A DNA stretch of 64,000 nt. Source: Terriglobia bacterium (lineage in GTDB: Bacteria; Acidobacteriota; Terriglobia; Terriglobales; Acidobacteriaceae). Both the position numbers and the translations under genes were made by a program. The DNA is taken from the NCBI GenBank assembly GCA_963797035.1, contig CAWCOC010000018.1, positions 65,589 to 129,588 of the forward strand, in the 5' to 3' direction. The notes under the pieces were generated by a model. The model searched no databases, was not told the origin of the DNA, and worked only from the letters and a program-made list of their open reading frames with translations. Positions 1 through 8,529 of the stretch are shown in pieces. How positions within the stretch are numbered: the stretch's first letter is position 1; each line of letters opens with the position of its first letter.

Positions 1-1569
1 CACCGACTGGAGAGACAAGTCGCCCTTGCCGAGACTCGCCATTTTCTTTAACTCATCGCGGCGCACGATGCTCCAACCGGAAGGCGAACGCCGCACCAGC
101 AGGACGTCACTGGCAGCGTGCTCGGCGCGACGGTTCGCTTCCTCGACCGTAAGCTCGTCGCCGAGCAGGGTGGCGGGCGGCGGGCGCATGGCATCTTCAA
201 TGCGCACGATGGTGACTTCCCGCTCTTCTTCCATGGAAGGCAGATCGAGTCCGTCCTGGCGCGAGAGCAAATCGAAGATCGGCACCGGCTGGAGAGCGCG
301 CGAAATCAGGTAGGCAATGGTGTTGGCGATGATCACCGGCAGGATGATGGAGTAGTTGCCGCTGACTTCCAGCACCATGAAGACCGAGGTCATGGGCGCA
401 CGCAGGAACGCCGCGAACAGCACGCCGATGCCCACCAGCGCGTAGGCCGCCGAGGACCCGTTCAATTGCGGAAAGAGGAGACGCTCCACGCCGCCGACCG
501 CGCTTCCCAGCATGGCGCCGATAAAGAGAGTGGGAGCAAACATGCCGCCGGGCGTGCCGCTGACGAAGGAAATTGTGGTGGAGAGGATCTTCAGTCCCGC
601 CAGAATGCCCAGCACTTGCCAGGTGAACTGGTCGTGCATGGCCTGGTCCACGTACTCGTAGCCGGACCCCATGATCTGCGGAAATCCGATGTAGCCGATG
701 AAGCCGACCAGCAGTCCCGCCACGGCGGGCTGCAAATACTGCGTCCAGGAGGGCATCGCCTTCAGCCGCGGGCGCAGGAAGTTGATGGCCTGGGAGAACA
801 CCAGGGAGGCGAAACCGCCGACCACACCCAAGGCGGCGTAAGCGAGCAACTCGGCGGGACGAAACATCTGGAAGGCGGGAATGCGAAACAAAGGGGCAAA
901 GCCGAGGAACCAGCGTTCCACCACCGCGCTGGCGACGGCCGAGAGCACGACCGCGCCCAGCACGCCGGCGCTCCAGCGCCCGATGACCTCCTCGATGACA
1001 AAGAGCACAGCAGAAATGGGAGCATTGAAGGCGGCGGCGAGGCCGGCGGCGGCTCCGACTGGGGCAATCAGACGCACTTTCTCGCGCGAGAGGTGCAGTC
1101 GGCGTCCCAAGGCGGAAGCAATTCCGGCGCCGATTTGCAGGGCGGGATCTTCCGGTCCGAGGGAATGCCCGGCGCCGATGGCCAGCGCCGAGCAGATGAA
1201 CTTGCCGATCACGGTGCGAAAGGGAATGTAGCCGTTGTAGATGTAGAGGGCGGCCTTGGTCTGGTTGACGCCGCTGCCGCGAACGCGGGGAAAGGCCAGC
1301 ATCACGATGGCGCCCACGAGAAGGCCGATGAGGGAGGGCGCCAGCAGAAGGCGCACCCCGCCGGGCGGCACCGCGGTGCCGAGCAGGTAAAGACGTGCCC
1401 AATCGATGGCGATACGGAAGCAGACCACCAGCAAACCGGAGAGCACGCCGATGACGACCGCAAGCAACAGGAAGAGGCGCTCTTCACGGAATGCCTGGCG
1501 GAAACTGCGGAAGGGAGAGAAGGCATGATTGAGCGCTTCCGCGGGCGCTTCGGGGGTGACGACCGGCAT
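1..1569 (-). CDS. ClC-family chloride channel with C-terminal CBS domain (3' end runs off the left window edge)
   Basis: Absent from the supplied ORF track because it has no stop inside the window. My translation of the minus strand from ATG 1569-1567 gives MPVVTPEAPAEAL..., then GSGVNQTKAAL, GHSLGPEDPALQIGA, NAPISAVLFVIEE and GTPGGMFAPTLFIGAMLG. These correspond to the ClC GSGIPE / GREGP / GxFxP-type motifs. The frame stays open to position 1 (1569 nt = 523 codons). The listed 601-aa (+) and 401-aa (-) ORFs here are Arg/Gly/His-rich shadows. Confidence 0.85.
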   Translation of the reverse strand, partial: MPVVTPEAPAEALNHAFSPFRSFRQAFREERLFLLLAVVIGVLSGLLVVCFRIAIDWARLYLLGTAVPPGGVRLLLAPSLIGLLVGAIVMLAFPRVRGSGVNQTKAALYIYNGYIPFRTVIGKFICSALAIGAGHSLGPEDPALQIGAGIASALGRRLHLSREKVRLIAPVGAAAGLAAAFNAPISAVLFVIEEVIGRWSAGVLGAVVLSAVASAVVERWFLGFAPLFRIPAFQMFRPAELLAYAALGVVGGFASLVFSQAINFLRPRLKAMPSWTQYLQPAVAGLLVGFIGYIGFPQIMGSGYEYVDQAMHDQFTWQVLGILAGLKILSTTISFVSGTPGGMFAPTLFIGAMLGSAVGGVERLLFPQLNGSSAAYALVGIGVLFAAFLRAPMTSVFMVLEVSGNYSIILPVIIANTIAYLISRALQPVPIFDLLSRQDGLDLPSMEEEREVTIVRIEDAMRPPPATLLGDELTVEEANRRAEHAASDVLLVRRSPSGWSIVRRDELKKMASLGKGDLSLQSV

Positions 1570-1586
1570 GGGATGCTCCGGCGCGC

Positions 1587-2810
1587 TCACGAGGCGCCCC
1601 CTTCGCGACGCTGGGCGATCAACAGCAGCGCCTGGTCCGGCGGAGAACCGGCGCCGCAAATTTTCGCGACATCGCTTTCAATGCGAAAGACCAGGTCCAT
1701 GGCGGCGTCACCCTGCTCGGGATTGCGACGGAGATTACGCTGGTTGATGCTGGTCTTCAACGCAGTCCAATTCGAGAAGTCGGCCGGCAGGGGGCTGTTT
1801 CCCATGGGCTGGTCCAGCGCGATGGCGCGCGAAGAAGCACACTGCTGGAGGCGGTCGCCGGCCAGCGCGAACGCGTCCATGATTCGGCGGAAACGCTCGG
1901 CGGAGGATAGCCGTGGCTGGTAGGGGTCCATTTGCAGCACGCGTTCGGCGGTTTGCAACTGGACACTCGCCTGTGAATCGTGCGATCCGGCGGCGACAGC
2001 GTGACGCAGATAGGTACGCGCTTCGGGATACTCCCGCAGCGCGAAGGCTGCCAGGCCAGCGCCGGCGAGGGCATCGGGATGGTTGGAGTCGATGGACAAA
2101 ACTTCGCGATACTCATCCAGCGCGCGGCGGTAGTCGGCGGCCTTCATCATGAGCCCGGCCACACGAAGGATGAGCGTGGGATCGCGCGGCAGATCGGCGG
2201 CCAAGGCAATCAGCTCCGCTTGCGCCTGCTGGACCTGGCGGTGGGCAAGCAGGAATTCGACCAGCTCGATGCGGACCTCGCGGCGCCGCCGCGCGGGATC
2301 CTCCTGCCAGATGCCATAAATGGCACCGTGATAGAAGCGGAGGGCGCCGGCGATGTCGTTGGTCTGAGCGGCCAGGCGGGCCAATTCCAGGTTGACCGTG
2401 CCGTTGCCCGGCTCTTCGTCCCAGAGGGCACGGAGGTAGGCTTGCGCCTGGCGGGTGCGGCCCTGGGCAGCGAGAGCTTCGGCCAGCTTCAGGCGGTACT
2501 CAAAATTATCGTGAGAATAAGCGAGAGCCGTTCTCAACCCGGCGATCGCAGGATCGAGGCGCCTGTTGCGGAGATCGTCTTGCCCCTGCTGGAACCACCG
2601 GCGGGCGAGCAACTGCTGGCGCCCGGCGTAGGCCGAGGTCATGAAGGCGGTAACGGCCCACAAGCCGACCGCCACGACAATGACGGCAGCAATGATGAGG
2701 GGCTCGCGATGGTACAGCGGGACCCGCTTGCGCCCGGCGCAGTAAGGGCAGTCGGGTTCATCGGCAGGCAGCGGCTCACGGCAGCGCGGGCAGACAGGAT
2801 CGGGCGGCAT
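1587..2810 (-). CDS. membrane-anchored TPR-repeat protein with N-terminal zinc-ribbon (CPRC...CPYC)
   Basis: ORF 1587..2915. The internal ATG at 2810 gives MPPDPVCPRCREPLPADEPDCPYCAG, then one TM helix (LIIAAVIVVAVGLWAVTAF), then TPR-like helical repeats (AQAYLRALWDEEPGN, ALRFYHGAIY, YRRALDEYREVLSIDSNHPDAL). Confidence 0.75.
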   Translation of the reverse strand: MPPDPVCPRCREPLPADEPDCPYCAGRKRVPLYHREPLIIAAVIVVAVGLWAVTAFMTSAYAGRQQLLARRWFQQGQDDLRNRRLDPAIAGLRTALAYSHDNFEYRLKLAEALAAQGRTRQAQAYLRALWDEEPGNGTVNLELARLAAQTNDIAGALRFYHGAIYGIWQEDPARRRREVRIELVEFLLAHRQVQQAQAELIALAADLPRDPTLILRVAGLMMKAADYRRALDEYREVLSIDSNHPDALAGAGLAAFALREYPEARTYLRHAVAAGSHDSQASVQLQTAERVLQMDPYQPRLSSAERFRRIMDAFALAGDRLQQCASSRAIALDQPMGNSPLPADFSNWTALKTSINQRNLRRNPEQGDAAMDLVFRIESDVAKICGAGSPPDQALLLIAQRREGGAS

Positions 2811-2991
2811 CGTCCAGTTTAGATCATACTCTGGTATGTCGGAACACGATGAGTCAGCACGACAGCCTCGACGGGTCGTGCTCGTCGATGGAGCAACAAA
2901 TTGATACCACCACACCGGAGCAGTCGGTCAGCCGATCTTTTGCTCTTCCGGGCGCCAGGGAAAACGACAGGCCGACTGAACGACCGGCCAG

Positions 2992-3432
2992 CTAGTCGGC
3001 GGCGCGCGATTCCTCCAGCTTGGCATCCAGGGTGATCTTGGCGTTGAGCAGCTTCGAAACCGGGCAGCCGCTCTTGGCATTGTCGGCCGCCTGGCGGAAG
3101 GCCTCGGGGGTGGCCCCGGGAACGCGCGCCGTGGTTTGCAGATGGACCTGGGTGATGGCGAAGCCGGACTCCAGCTTCTCCAGGGTGACGGTCGCCTCGG
3201 TGGCAATCCGCTCCGGCTTGAGGCCGGCAGCACCCAACTGCCCGGACAGCGCCATGGAGAAACATCCGGCGTGCGCGGCGGCGATCAACTCCTCGGGGTT
3301 GGTGCCCTTTTCGGCTTCGAAGCGAGTGGCAAAGGAGTAGGGAGTGTTCGACAACACTCCGCTGGCGCTCGACACGGTTCCCTTCCCGTCTTTCAGTCCA
3401 CCATTCCACACTGCATTGCCTATGCGCTGCAT
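2992..3432 (-). CDS. osmC: OsmC family peroxiredoxin
   Basis: 146 aa, close by eye to E. coli OsmC: GKGTVSSASGVL, FEAEKGTNPEELIAAAHAGCFSMALS and KSGCPVSKLL, with both conserved Cys. Confidence 0.9.
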   Translation of the reverse strand: MQRIGNAVWNGGLKDGKGTVSSASGVLSNTPYSFATRFEAEKGTNPEELIAAAHAGCFSMALSGQLGAAGLKPERIATEATVTLEKLESGFAITQVHLQTTARVPGATPEAFRQAADNAKSGCPVSKLLNAKITLDAKLEESRAAD

Positions 3433-3552
3433 GATTCCTCCTGTCTGAACTGCTATGGAAATTGAGCACCGGTTGCTCGTGACCGGTCTCCGTAATTCGA
3501 TGCGGGGCGCAAGGAATCGACCGAAAAAGCATTGTTCGTCGGTGATTCGCTG

Positions 3553-3957
3553 CTAGCGGCTCGGCGGCAAGTCACTCGACCAGGTGTCGGCGACGATGAG
3601 CCACTCGCCATTGGCCTGGCGGCGCCACACCGTAAGGTACTTGCCGCGGTCCTGGTGCTTGACGCCCTCGCGCGGCACCGACATGGTATACCGCCCCACG
3701 TCGTAGGCCAGTTCACCGGAATGCTTGACGAAGGTGACCTCGTAGGTGAGTTCGCCGACCCCGTGGCTCATCGGCGTTTTCAGGTATTCGTGAATGGCGT
3801 CGCGGCCGTGAACGGCGGCATGATGCGGCGGCATGTAAACGGCATCGGGCGCATACGCCTGGATGAGCTTGTCGAGCTCGCGGGCGTTCCAGTTGCGTGC
3901 CCATTGTTCGCCAATCTGGCTGATGTGGCGCTCCACGGAATCGGTGGTAGAAGGCAT
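3553..3957 (-). CDS. SnoaL-like / DUF4440 (NTF2-fold) protein
   Basis: ORF 3553..3978. The ATG at 3957 is preceded by GGAGG 7 nt upstream. The motifs W..AWNARDLD-like (WARNWNARELDKL), DAVYMPP and GEWLIVADTWS are typical of the NTF2-like family. Confidence 0.8.
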   Translation of the reverse strand: MPSTTDSVERHISQIGEQWARNWNARELDKLIQAYAPDAVYMPPHHAAVHGRDAIHEYLKTPMSHGVGELTYEVTFVKHSGELAYDVGRYTMSVPREGVKHQDRGKYLTVWRRQANGEWLIVADTWSSDLPPSR

Positions 3958-4187
3958 GGCTGGACCTCCAAACTGCAATAGCTAAGTTTAATACGCCGCC
4001 CGGCGGCACCGCTGCGGGAGAGGTCCTCGACGGAATTTTGCGAGTCTCCACAGAATTCCCAAAAAGGCAATTCTCCAAACGAAGAATTCTAAATTCTATT
4101 GAAATTATTGAAAATTCAGTTTCAGAAGCGATTTCTGTTCGGTTATGCTTTGTCGCCCAGTTTTCCACTCTTTCCCAGGAGATTCAC

Positions 4188-4370
4188 ATGAAGACTATCG
4201 TTCGTGGTGCGATTGCCCTGCTCATGCTGCTCGGTCTGGCGGCTGGTGTGATGCCGAAAAACACAAACAACCAGAATGCCCCGGTGATGGTGGCTGGGGG
4301 CGGCGGACCTGCGCCGCTGTGCGATCCGTCGGATCCGAACTGCCGGCCGCCGATTCCTCCGGCGCGCTAG
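4188..4370 (+). CDS. small secreted peptide (60 aa, signal peptide, Gly/Pro-rich, one Cys pair)
   Basis: ATG at 4188 follows AGGAG. The sequence MKTIVRGAIALLMLLGLAAGV is a signal-like N-terminus, and the mature part is ...GGGGPAPLCDPSDPNCRPPIPPAR. No family recognised. Confidence 0.5.
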   Translation: MKTIVRGAIALLMLLGLAAGVMPKNTNNQNAPVMVAGGGGPAPLCDPSDPNCRPPIPPAR

Positions 4371-4460
4371 CCGCTTACCACGGTAACGCTTACCAATGTA
4401 ACCTGCGGCGAACAAAAAGCTTGTCGCCAGCGGCAGGCGGAGCTATGCTCATTTCCGCCA

Positions 4461-5303
4461 ATGTCACTGCGGATTCTCTACTACGCTTTGTGGGTCGCGC
4501 CGGTGCCGGTGTTCGCGTGCCTGGCGGTGATTATGTTTCGCCGCAAGGTGCATCGCGACATGCCGGTGTTTTTCACGTTTGCGCTGTTCCAAGTGGCAGC
4601 CTTCGCGACGGATTTTTATTTTTATCACCGCTCGCGGACTGATTATTTCTATTCGTATTGGACAACGGCGGCGGTCGGCATTGTCATTGGTTTTGGTGTT
4701 CTCTACGAAATCTTTACCGCTGTTTTCCGTCCGTTCGGCGATCTCCGCGAATTTGGCGGGGTGCTGTTCCGCTGGGCCGCGCTGGTACTTTCGGCGGCGG
4801 CGCTGCTGATGGCGGCCAGTTCAGGAACCTTTCCCGGATGGCACGTCGTCGCGGTGATCCTGAACGGAGTACGCAGCATCGAGGTGATGCAGTGTGGCCT
4901 GGTGCTGCTGATGCTGCTGTGCTCGGCCTACCTGGGCATCACACTGCGGCACCGGATTTTTGGCATCGCGCTGGGCTTCGGCGTGATTGCCGCTGTAGAC
5001 CTGATCGTTGTCGCGGTGTTCGCCAATTTCGGCATGAAGTCCTATACCTTTTTCCAACTGAGTAAGATGGCAGCGTACAACGTCTCCGCATTGTTGTGGC
5101 TCGGGTACATTCATTCCGGCGAACTGGAACGCCAGCCGACCAAGCAATTCTCCCGCGCCGAGCAGTGGAATTACGCGCTGGCGACGGCGATCAACCCGGG
5201 CATCGATGCTCCTTCTCTGCCGCGGATCGAAGACACGGTGGAGCGGGTGTGGAAGCTGGCCAACGGACACTCCCGGCCGGAAAACTCGCATAGCGCCGAT
5301 TAG
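4461..5303 (+). CDS. hypothetical polytopic membrane protein (about 7 TM)
   Basis: 280-aa ORF with regularly spaced hydrophobic helices (ILYYALWVAPVPVFACLAVIMF, VFFTFALFQVAAFATDFYFY, ...). No motif recognised. Confidence 0.75.
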   Translation: MSLRILYYALWVAPVPVFACLAVIMFRRKVHRDMPVFFTFALFQVAAFATDFYFYHRSRTDYFYSYWTTAAVGIVIGFGVLYEIFTAVFRPFGDLREFGGVLFRWAALVLSAAALLMAASSGTFPGWHVVAVILNGVRSIEVMQCGLVLLMLLCSAYLGITLRHRIFGIALGFGVIAAVDLIVVAVFANFGMKSYTFFQLSKMAAYNVSALLWLGYIHSGELERQPTKQFSRAEQWNYALATAINPGIDAPSLPRIEDTVERVWKLANGHSRPENSHSAD

Positions 5304-5466
5304 TAGAAATCAGAACAACTGAGGAAGAAGCGGGGGCAACACCAGTTTGCAGTGGTGTTCCTGGAGGGGCGCCGAGCAGGTTGGACGGTCTGTAAGACCG
5401 TGCCGGCGGGAGCGCGCTCGGACTGAAGCGCGGCTGTGGGCCTGCCGAGGCAGTTGCGATCGCCGG

Positions 5467-5808
5467 TCACAGGCGGTCGTCCCACAACAACGAATATAAA
5501 TCTTCGCCGGCGATTAACCGCTCCAGGGCGCGGAGTTGCGGAGGGAAATACAGCATCTGCAAACGCGGGTGGACCTGGAAGCGGGCGAGCACATCCTGAG
5601 GCAGGGCGCCGTGGATGTGCGATTCCATCAATTGAGCCAGCTGCGCATGGTCGCAAGGCAGCAGGCAAGGACGCGGCGAAACCCAGGCCAGGCGCAGCAG
5701 CACGCAAAAGAACTGGAACTCGGTGGCGGAGAATTGATCGCGCCAGCGGGGGTTAAAGGGAAAAAAGGGAAAGGGATTTCTCTCCACGACACAAACGCCC
5801 GGCCACAT
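5467..5808 (-). CDS. hypothetical protein (weakly DUF1376-like)
   Basis: ORF 5467..5841 starts at TTG; an ATG lies at 5808. FPFFPFNPRWRDQFSATEFQFFCVLLRLAWVS...LPCDHAQLAQL resembles the YxPFYxxDxxxD...LLLxxW pattern of DUF1376, judged from memory only. Confidence 0.45.
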   Translation of the reverse strand: MWPGVCVVERNPFPFFPFNPRWRDQFSATEFQFFCVLLRLAWVSPRPCLLPCDHAQLAQLMESHIHGALPQDVLARFQVHPRLQMLYFPPQLRALERLIAGEDLYSLLWDDRL

Positions 5809-5948
5809 GGGAACCAGGGGCGGCGTACCACCTCGGGGCAAGGCAGCCTCCGGAAAAACTGCTGGGAAAACGGTGAATCGACAATGCCGCAGGTGAATGG
5901 GATTTGCAAGCAGGTTTTGGCGGCGGGAACTCAGGAAGCTATCAGCTC

Positions 5949-6536
5949 TCAGCTCTCAGCAGGGCGGTAGTAGGACTCGCCGGCGCAGGAGCGGCACAGG
6001 ACCTGGCCGTCCTGTATCACCTCGCGGCGGAAGTTGATGCCCTCGCCACACCGGGCGCACACCACCCGCTCGCCCTTGTAGCCGGGAAATTCCTCGGGCG
6101 GTAGCTCCACGGTGACGGGCTGCACGTCGAACAGATCGGCATCCGACATTTCGCGATAGGCGAGCATCTGCTGCTGGTTCTTGTTCCCGATTTCGGGATG
6201 CATGCCGCGGGCCAGGGCCTTGGACGATTCGCGGGCGACAACGCGAAAAGCGCGGCCATTGGAAACATCGACGAAGGTGGCGGCGACCTTGCCCCAATCG
6301 CGAAATTTGAGCGCGCGCTTGCCGAGGCGGCAGCCGGTGACGACGGCGACCGCATCGGTGGCACAGCGGTCAATCTCGACGAAGGTGACCAGCCGCTTGC
6401 GGTCCTTGCCGCGCGGATCGTCGATGCCCAGCTTCTGCAAGCCAAGCATGGCCATGCGAACCCCGAGCACCTGCCCGGCGCAGAGATGGCCGTGGGCGGC
6501 TTCGGCTTCGAGCAGGTATTCGTCGAGAGATTTCAT
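5949..6536 (-). CDS. FmdE-family protein (formylmethanofuran dehydrogenase subunit E-like domain plus C-terminal zinc ribbon)
   Basis: Starts MKSLDEYLLEAEAAHGHLCAGQVLGVRMA (family signature HGHxCPG) and has a C-terminal CARCGE...CRSCAG. The 53 codons upstream in ORF 5949..6695 are encoded by the heptamer repeat and overlap the neighbouring gene, so I use ATG 6536. Confidence 0.85.
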   Translation of the reverse strand: MKSLDEYLLEAEAAHGHLCAGQVLGVRMAMLGLQKLGIDDPRGKDRKRLVTFVEIDRCATDAVAVVTGCRLGKRALKFRDWGKVAATFVDVSNGRAFRVVARESSKALARGMHPEIGNKNQQQMLAYREMSDADLFDVQPVTVELPPEEFPGYKGERVVCARCGEGINFRREVIQDGQVLCRSCAGESYYRPAES

Positions 6537-6540
6537 GTTG

Positions 6541-6596
6541 GTTATCGGTTGTCGGTTGTCGGTTATCGGTTGCCGGTTGCCGGTTGCCGGTTGCCG
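6541..6596. repeat. 8 tandem heptanucleotide repeats GTTRYCG (2x GTTATCG, 2x GTTGTCG, 4x GTTGCCG)
   Basis: Read directly: gttatcg gttgtcg gttgtcg gttatcg gttgccg gttgccg gttgccg gttgccg. The tract starts 5 nt upstream of the fmdE-like ATG (6536, minus strand). Confidence 0.95.
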
Positions 6597-6630
6597 GGCA
6601 ACGAGTGCACGCGAAACTTCGCCAGGGAAT

Positions 6631-7309
6631 TTATTTTTCCTCGTCAGCAGGTTCGGAAGCTGCGGGCGCGAGATCGGCGGCGTGACCGCGGACATTAAAC
6701 GTCAGCTTCTGGCCGCCGGCGGGCGCAAACGTCACGCGCACCGGCTGTCGCTGCCATTCGGGCGCCGAGCACTGCGAGTCGGGCGTATCGGCGTCCTTAA
6801 CCGCGCCCAAATCGCGCTTCAGAATCGGCTTTTTAAGTCCCAACTGCGCCACGATGGCGTAGAGCTTGGTGCCGTCATCGGAAACCCCGCAGTAGGCAGC
6901 GTAATCACGATACCAGCTTGCCAGGGAATAAAAGGAATCGAAGTTCGGCAGGTTGAGTTGGGTGAGGCGGCCGCTCTCGCGGTCCACGAGTATCCAGCCG
7001 CCGCGCTGCCATTTCCACTTGTGGGGAGATGCCCTGGTCGGAGGGCAACCAGTCATTGAGGCGATAGGCGCGGCGGACTACGAACAGGCGCTCGGTGATG
7101 TCGTGCAAATCGCCGGTCGTAAACTCGCGCAAGCGGCCGTCGACGTACAAAGCCCGAATCTTGATGTCGAGCGCCTTGTCCTCGTCGGGGCCGGTGAACA
7201 GCTTCACCGGCATCCATTTGCCGAAGGCGAGAGCGTGCTGCCGGGGCGCAGCGGCGGCACTAAGCGTCAAGGCGAGGCAGGCCACCGCGACTAAGCAAGA
7301 AGAGCGCAT
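6631..7309 (-). pseudogene. secreted hypothetical protein interrupted by a frameshift near 7015-7040
   Basis: ORF 6905..7369 gives the signal peptide MRSSCLVAVACLALTLSAAAAP and sensible sequence up to ...AYRLNDWLPSDQGISP, then Arg/Pro-rich junk. ORF 6631..7056 is junk (MTGCPPTRASP) and then sensible (HKWKWQRGGWILVDRESGRLTQLNLPNFDSF...). The two halves join at the CCCC run (plus strand gtgggg, 7021-7026). Confidence 0.55.
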
Positions 7310-7452
7310 ACAGGATGAGCCTAGACCCGGGCGGTGGAAAATCGCAAGTTCCGCGGCATGGCGAACCACACCGGACTACAATAGGGTCATTCGGAACCTG
7401 TGGGGCCAAGATGCAACCAAAAGCAGCCCGCCTCACGTCAACTAGAAAACAC

Positions 7453-8433
7453 ATGGAATCCCCGCTGCAGCAGAAACGCGTGCCGCGCATCCTGGTGGTT
7501 GACGACAACGTGGAAAACGCGTCGCTGATGGCGCAACTGCTGCAGGCGCGCGGATACGCGGTGCGGGCGGTGCACAACGCCTTCGATGCGGAGCGGGAAA
7601 TCCGCGCCCAGTTGCCCGACCTGATCCTGCTGGACGTGATCATGCCGGGCAAGTCGGGCTATGACCTGTGCCGGGAGCTGAAGGCCGAGGCCAGCACGCG
7701 GCTGATCCCGCTGGTGATGATTACCGGCTTGAGCGACCGGGAAGACAAGATCCGCGGCATCGAGGCCGGGGCCGACGATTTCCTCAACAAGCCGATTTTT
7801 CCGGAGGAGCTGTTCGCGCGGGTGCGGTCGTTGCTCAAGTTGAAGGAATACACCGACGAGATGGAGCACGCCGAAGACGTGCTGTGCACGCTGGGGCTGA
7901 GCGTGGAGGCGCGCGATCCCTACACCGAGGGCCACTGCGAGCGCCTGTCGCGCTACGCCAGCGACCTGGGGCGCCACCTGAACCTGGAAGAGGACGAGGT
8001 GACCGCGCTGCGCCGAGGTGGATATCTGCACGACCTGGGAAAAATCACGGTGCCGGACATCATCCTGAAAAAAGGCAGCGATCTCACTGCGGAAGAATGG
8101 CAAATCATGAGACAGCACCCGATTACTGGAGAAACGATTTGCCGCCCGCTGCGATCGCTGCGCATGGTGCTGCCGATCATCCGCAGCCACCACGAGCACT
8201 GGAACGGGACCGGATACCCGGACCGGCTGCGTGGCGAAGAGATCCCCCAGCTGGCGCGTATTCTGCAGGTGGTGGACGTCTACGATGCCCTGCTGACCGA
8301 GCGCCCGTACAAGCCCGCCCTGCCGCACGAGCGCGCGCTGCAAACCATGCAAGAGGAAGCGGCGGCCGGATTGTGGGACCCGAAGCTGGTGGAGGAGTTC
8401 TTCCGGATGCTGCGCAAGGCGCAGGCCGCATAG
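7453..8433 (+). CDS. response regulator with HD-GYP domain (RpfG-type c-di-GMP phosphodiesterase)
   Basis: The REC domain shows RILVVDDN..., DLILLDVIMPGKSGYDLC and ADDFLNKP. The HD-GYP domain shows GHCERL, LHDLGK and HHEHWNGTGYPDRL. The ATG at 7453 is taken as the start; ORF 7315 adds 46 unlikely codons. Confidence 0.9.
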   Translation: MESPLQQKRVPRILVVDDNVENASLMAQLLQARGYAVRAVHNAFDAEREIRAQLPDLILLDVIMPGKSGYDLCRELKAEASTRLIPLVMITGLSDREDKIRGIEAGADDFLNKPIFPEELFARVRSLLKLKEYTDEMEHAEDVLCTLGLSVEARDPYTEGHCERLSRYASDLGRHLNLEEDEVTALRRGGYLHDLGKITVPDIILKKGSDLTAEEWQIMRQHPITGETICRPLRSLRMVLPIIRSHHEHWNGTGYPDRLRGEEIPQLARILQVVDVYDALLTERPYKPALPHERALQTMQEEAAAGLWDPKLVEEFFRMLRKAQAA

Positions 8434-8529
8434 CGGGAATCGTTTCGGCTCCGGAAAGAAATCGATTATCCTGACCCGCGCACGGCCCGACCCAGAGAGC
8501 GCCCAGGTTGCGGCAAGAGTGCGGAGCGC

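Noticed and set aside
118-1923. 601-aa plus-strand ORF (and the 401-aa minus ORF 197..1402)
   Set aside because: The composition is Arg/Gly/His/Asp-rich with no motifs. The third minus-strand frame encodes a clear ClC channel across the same DNA.
5949-6695. Long version of the FmdE ORF with a 53-aa N-terminal extension
   Set aside because: The extension is encoded by the heptamer repeat (QPATGNRQPITDNRQPITN) and overlaps the upstream gene. FmdE-family proteins start close to the HGHxC motif.
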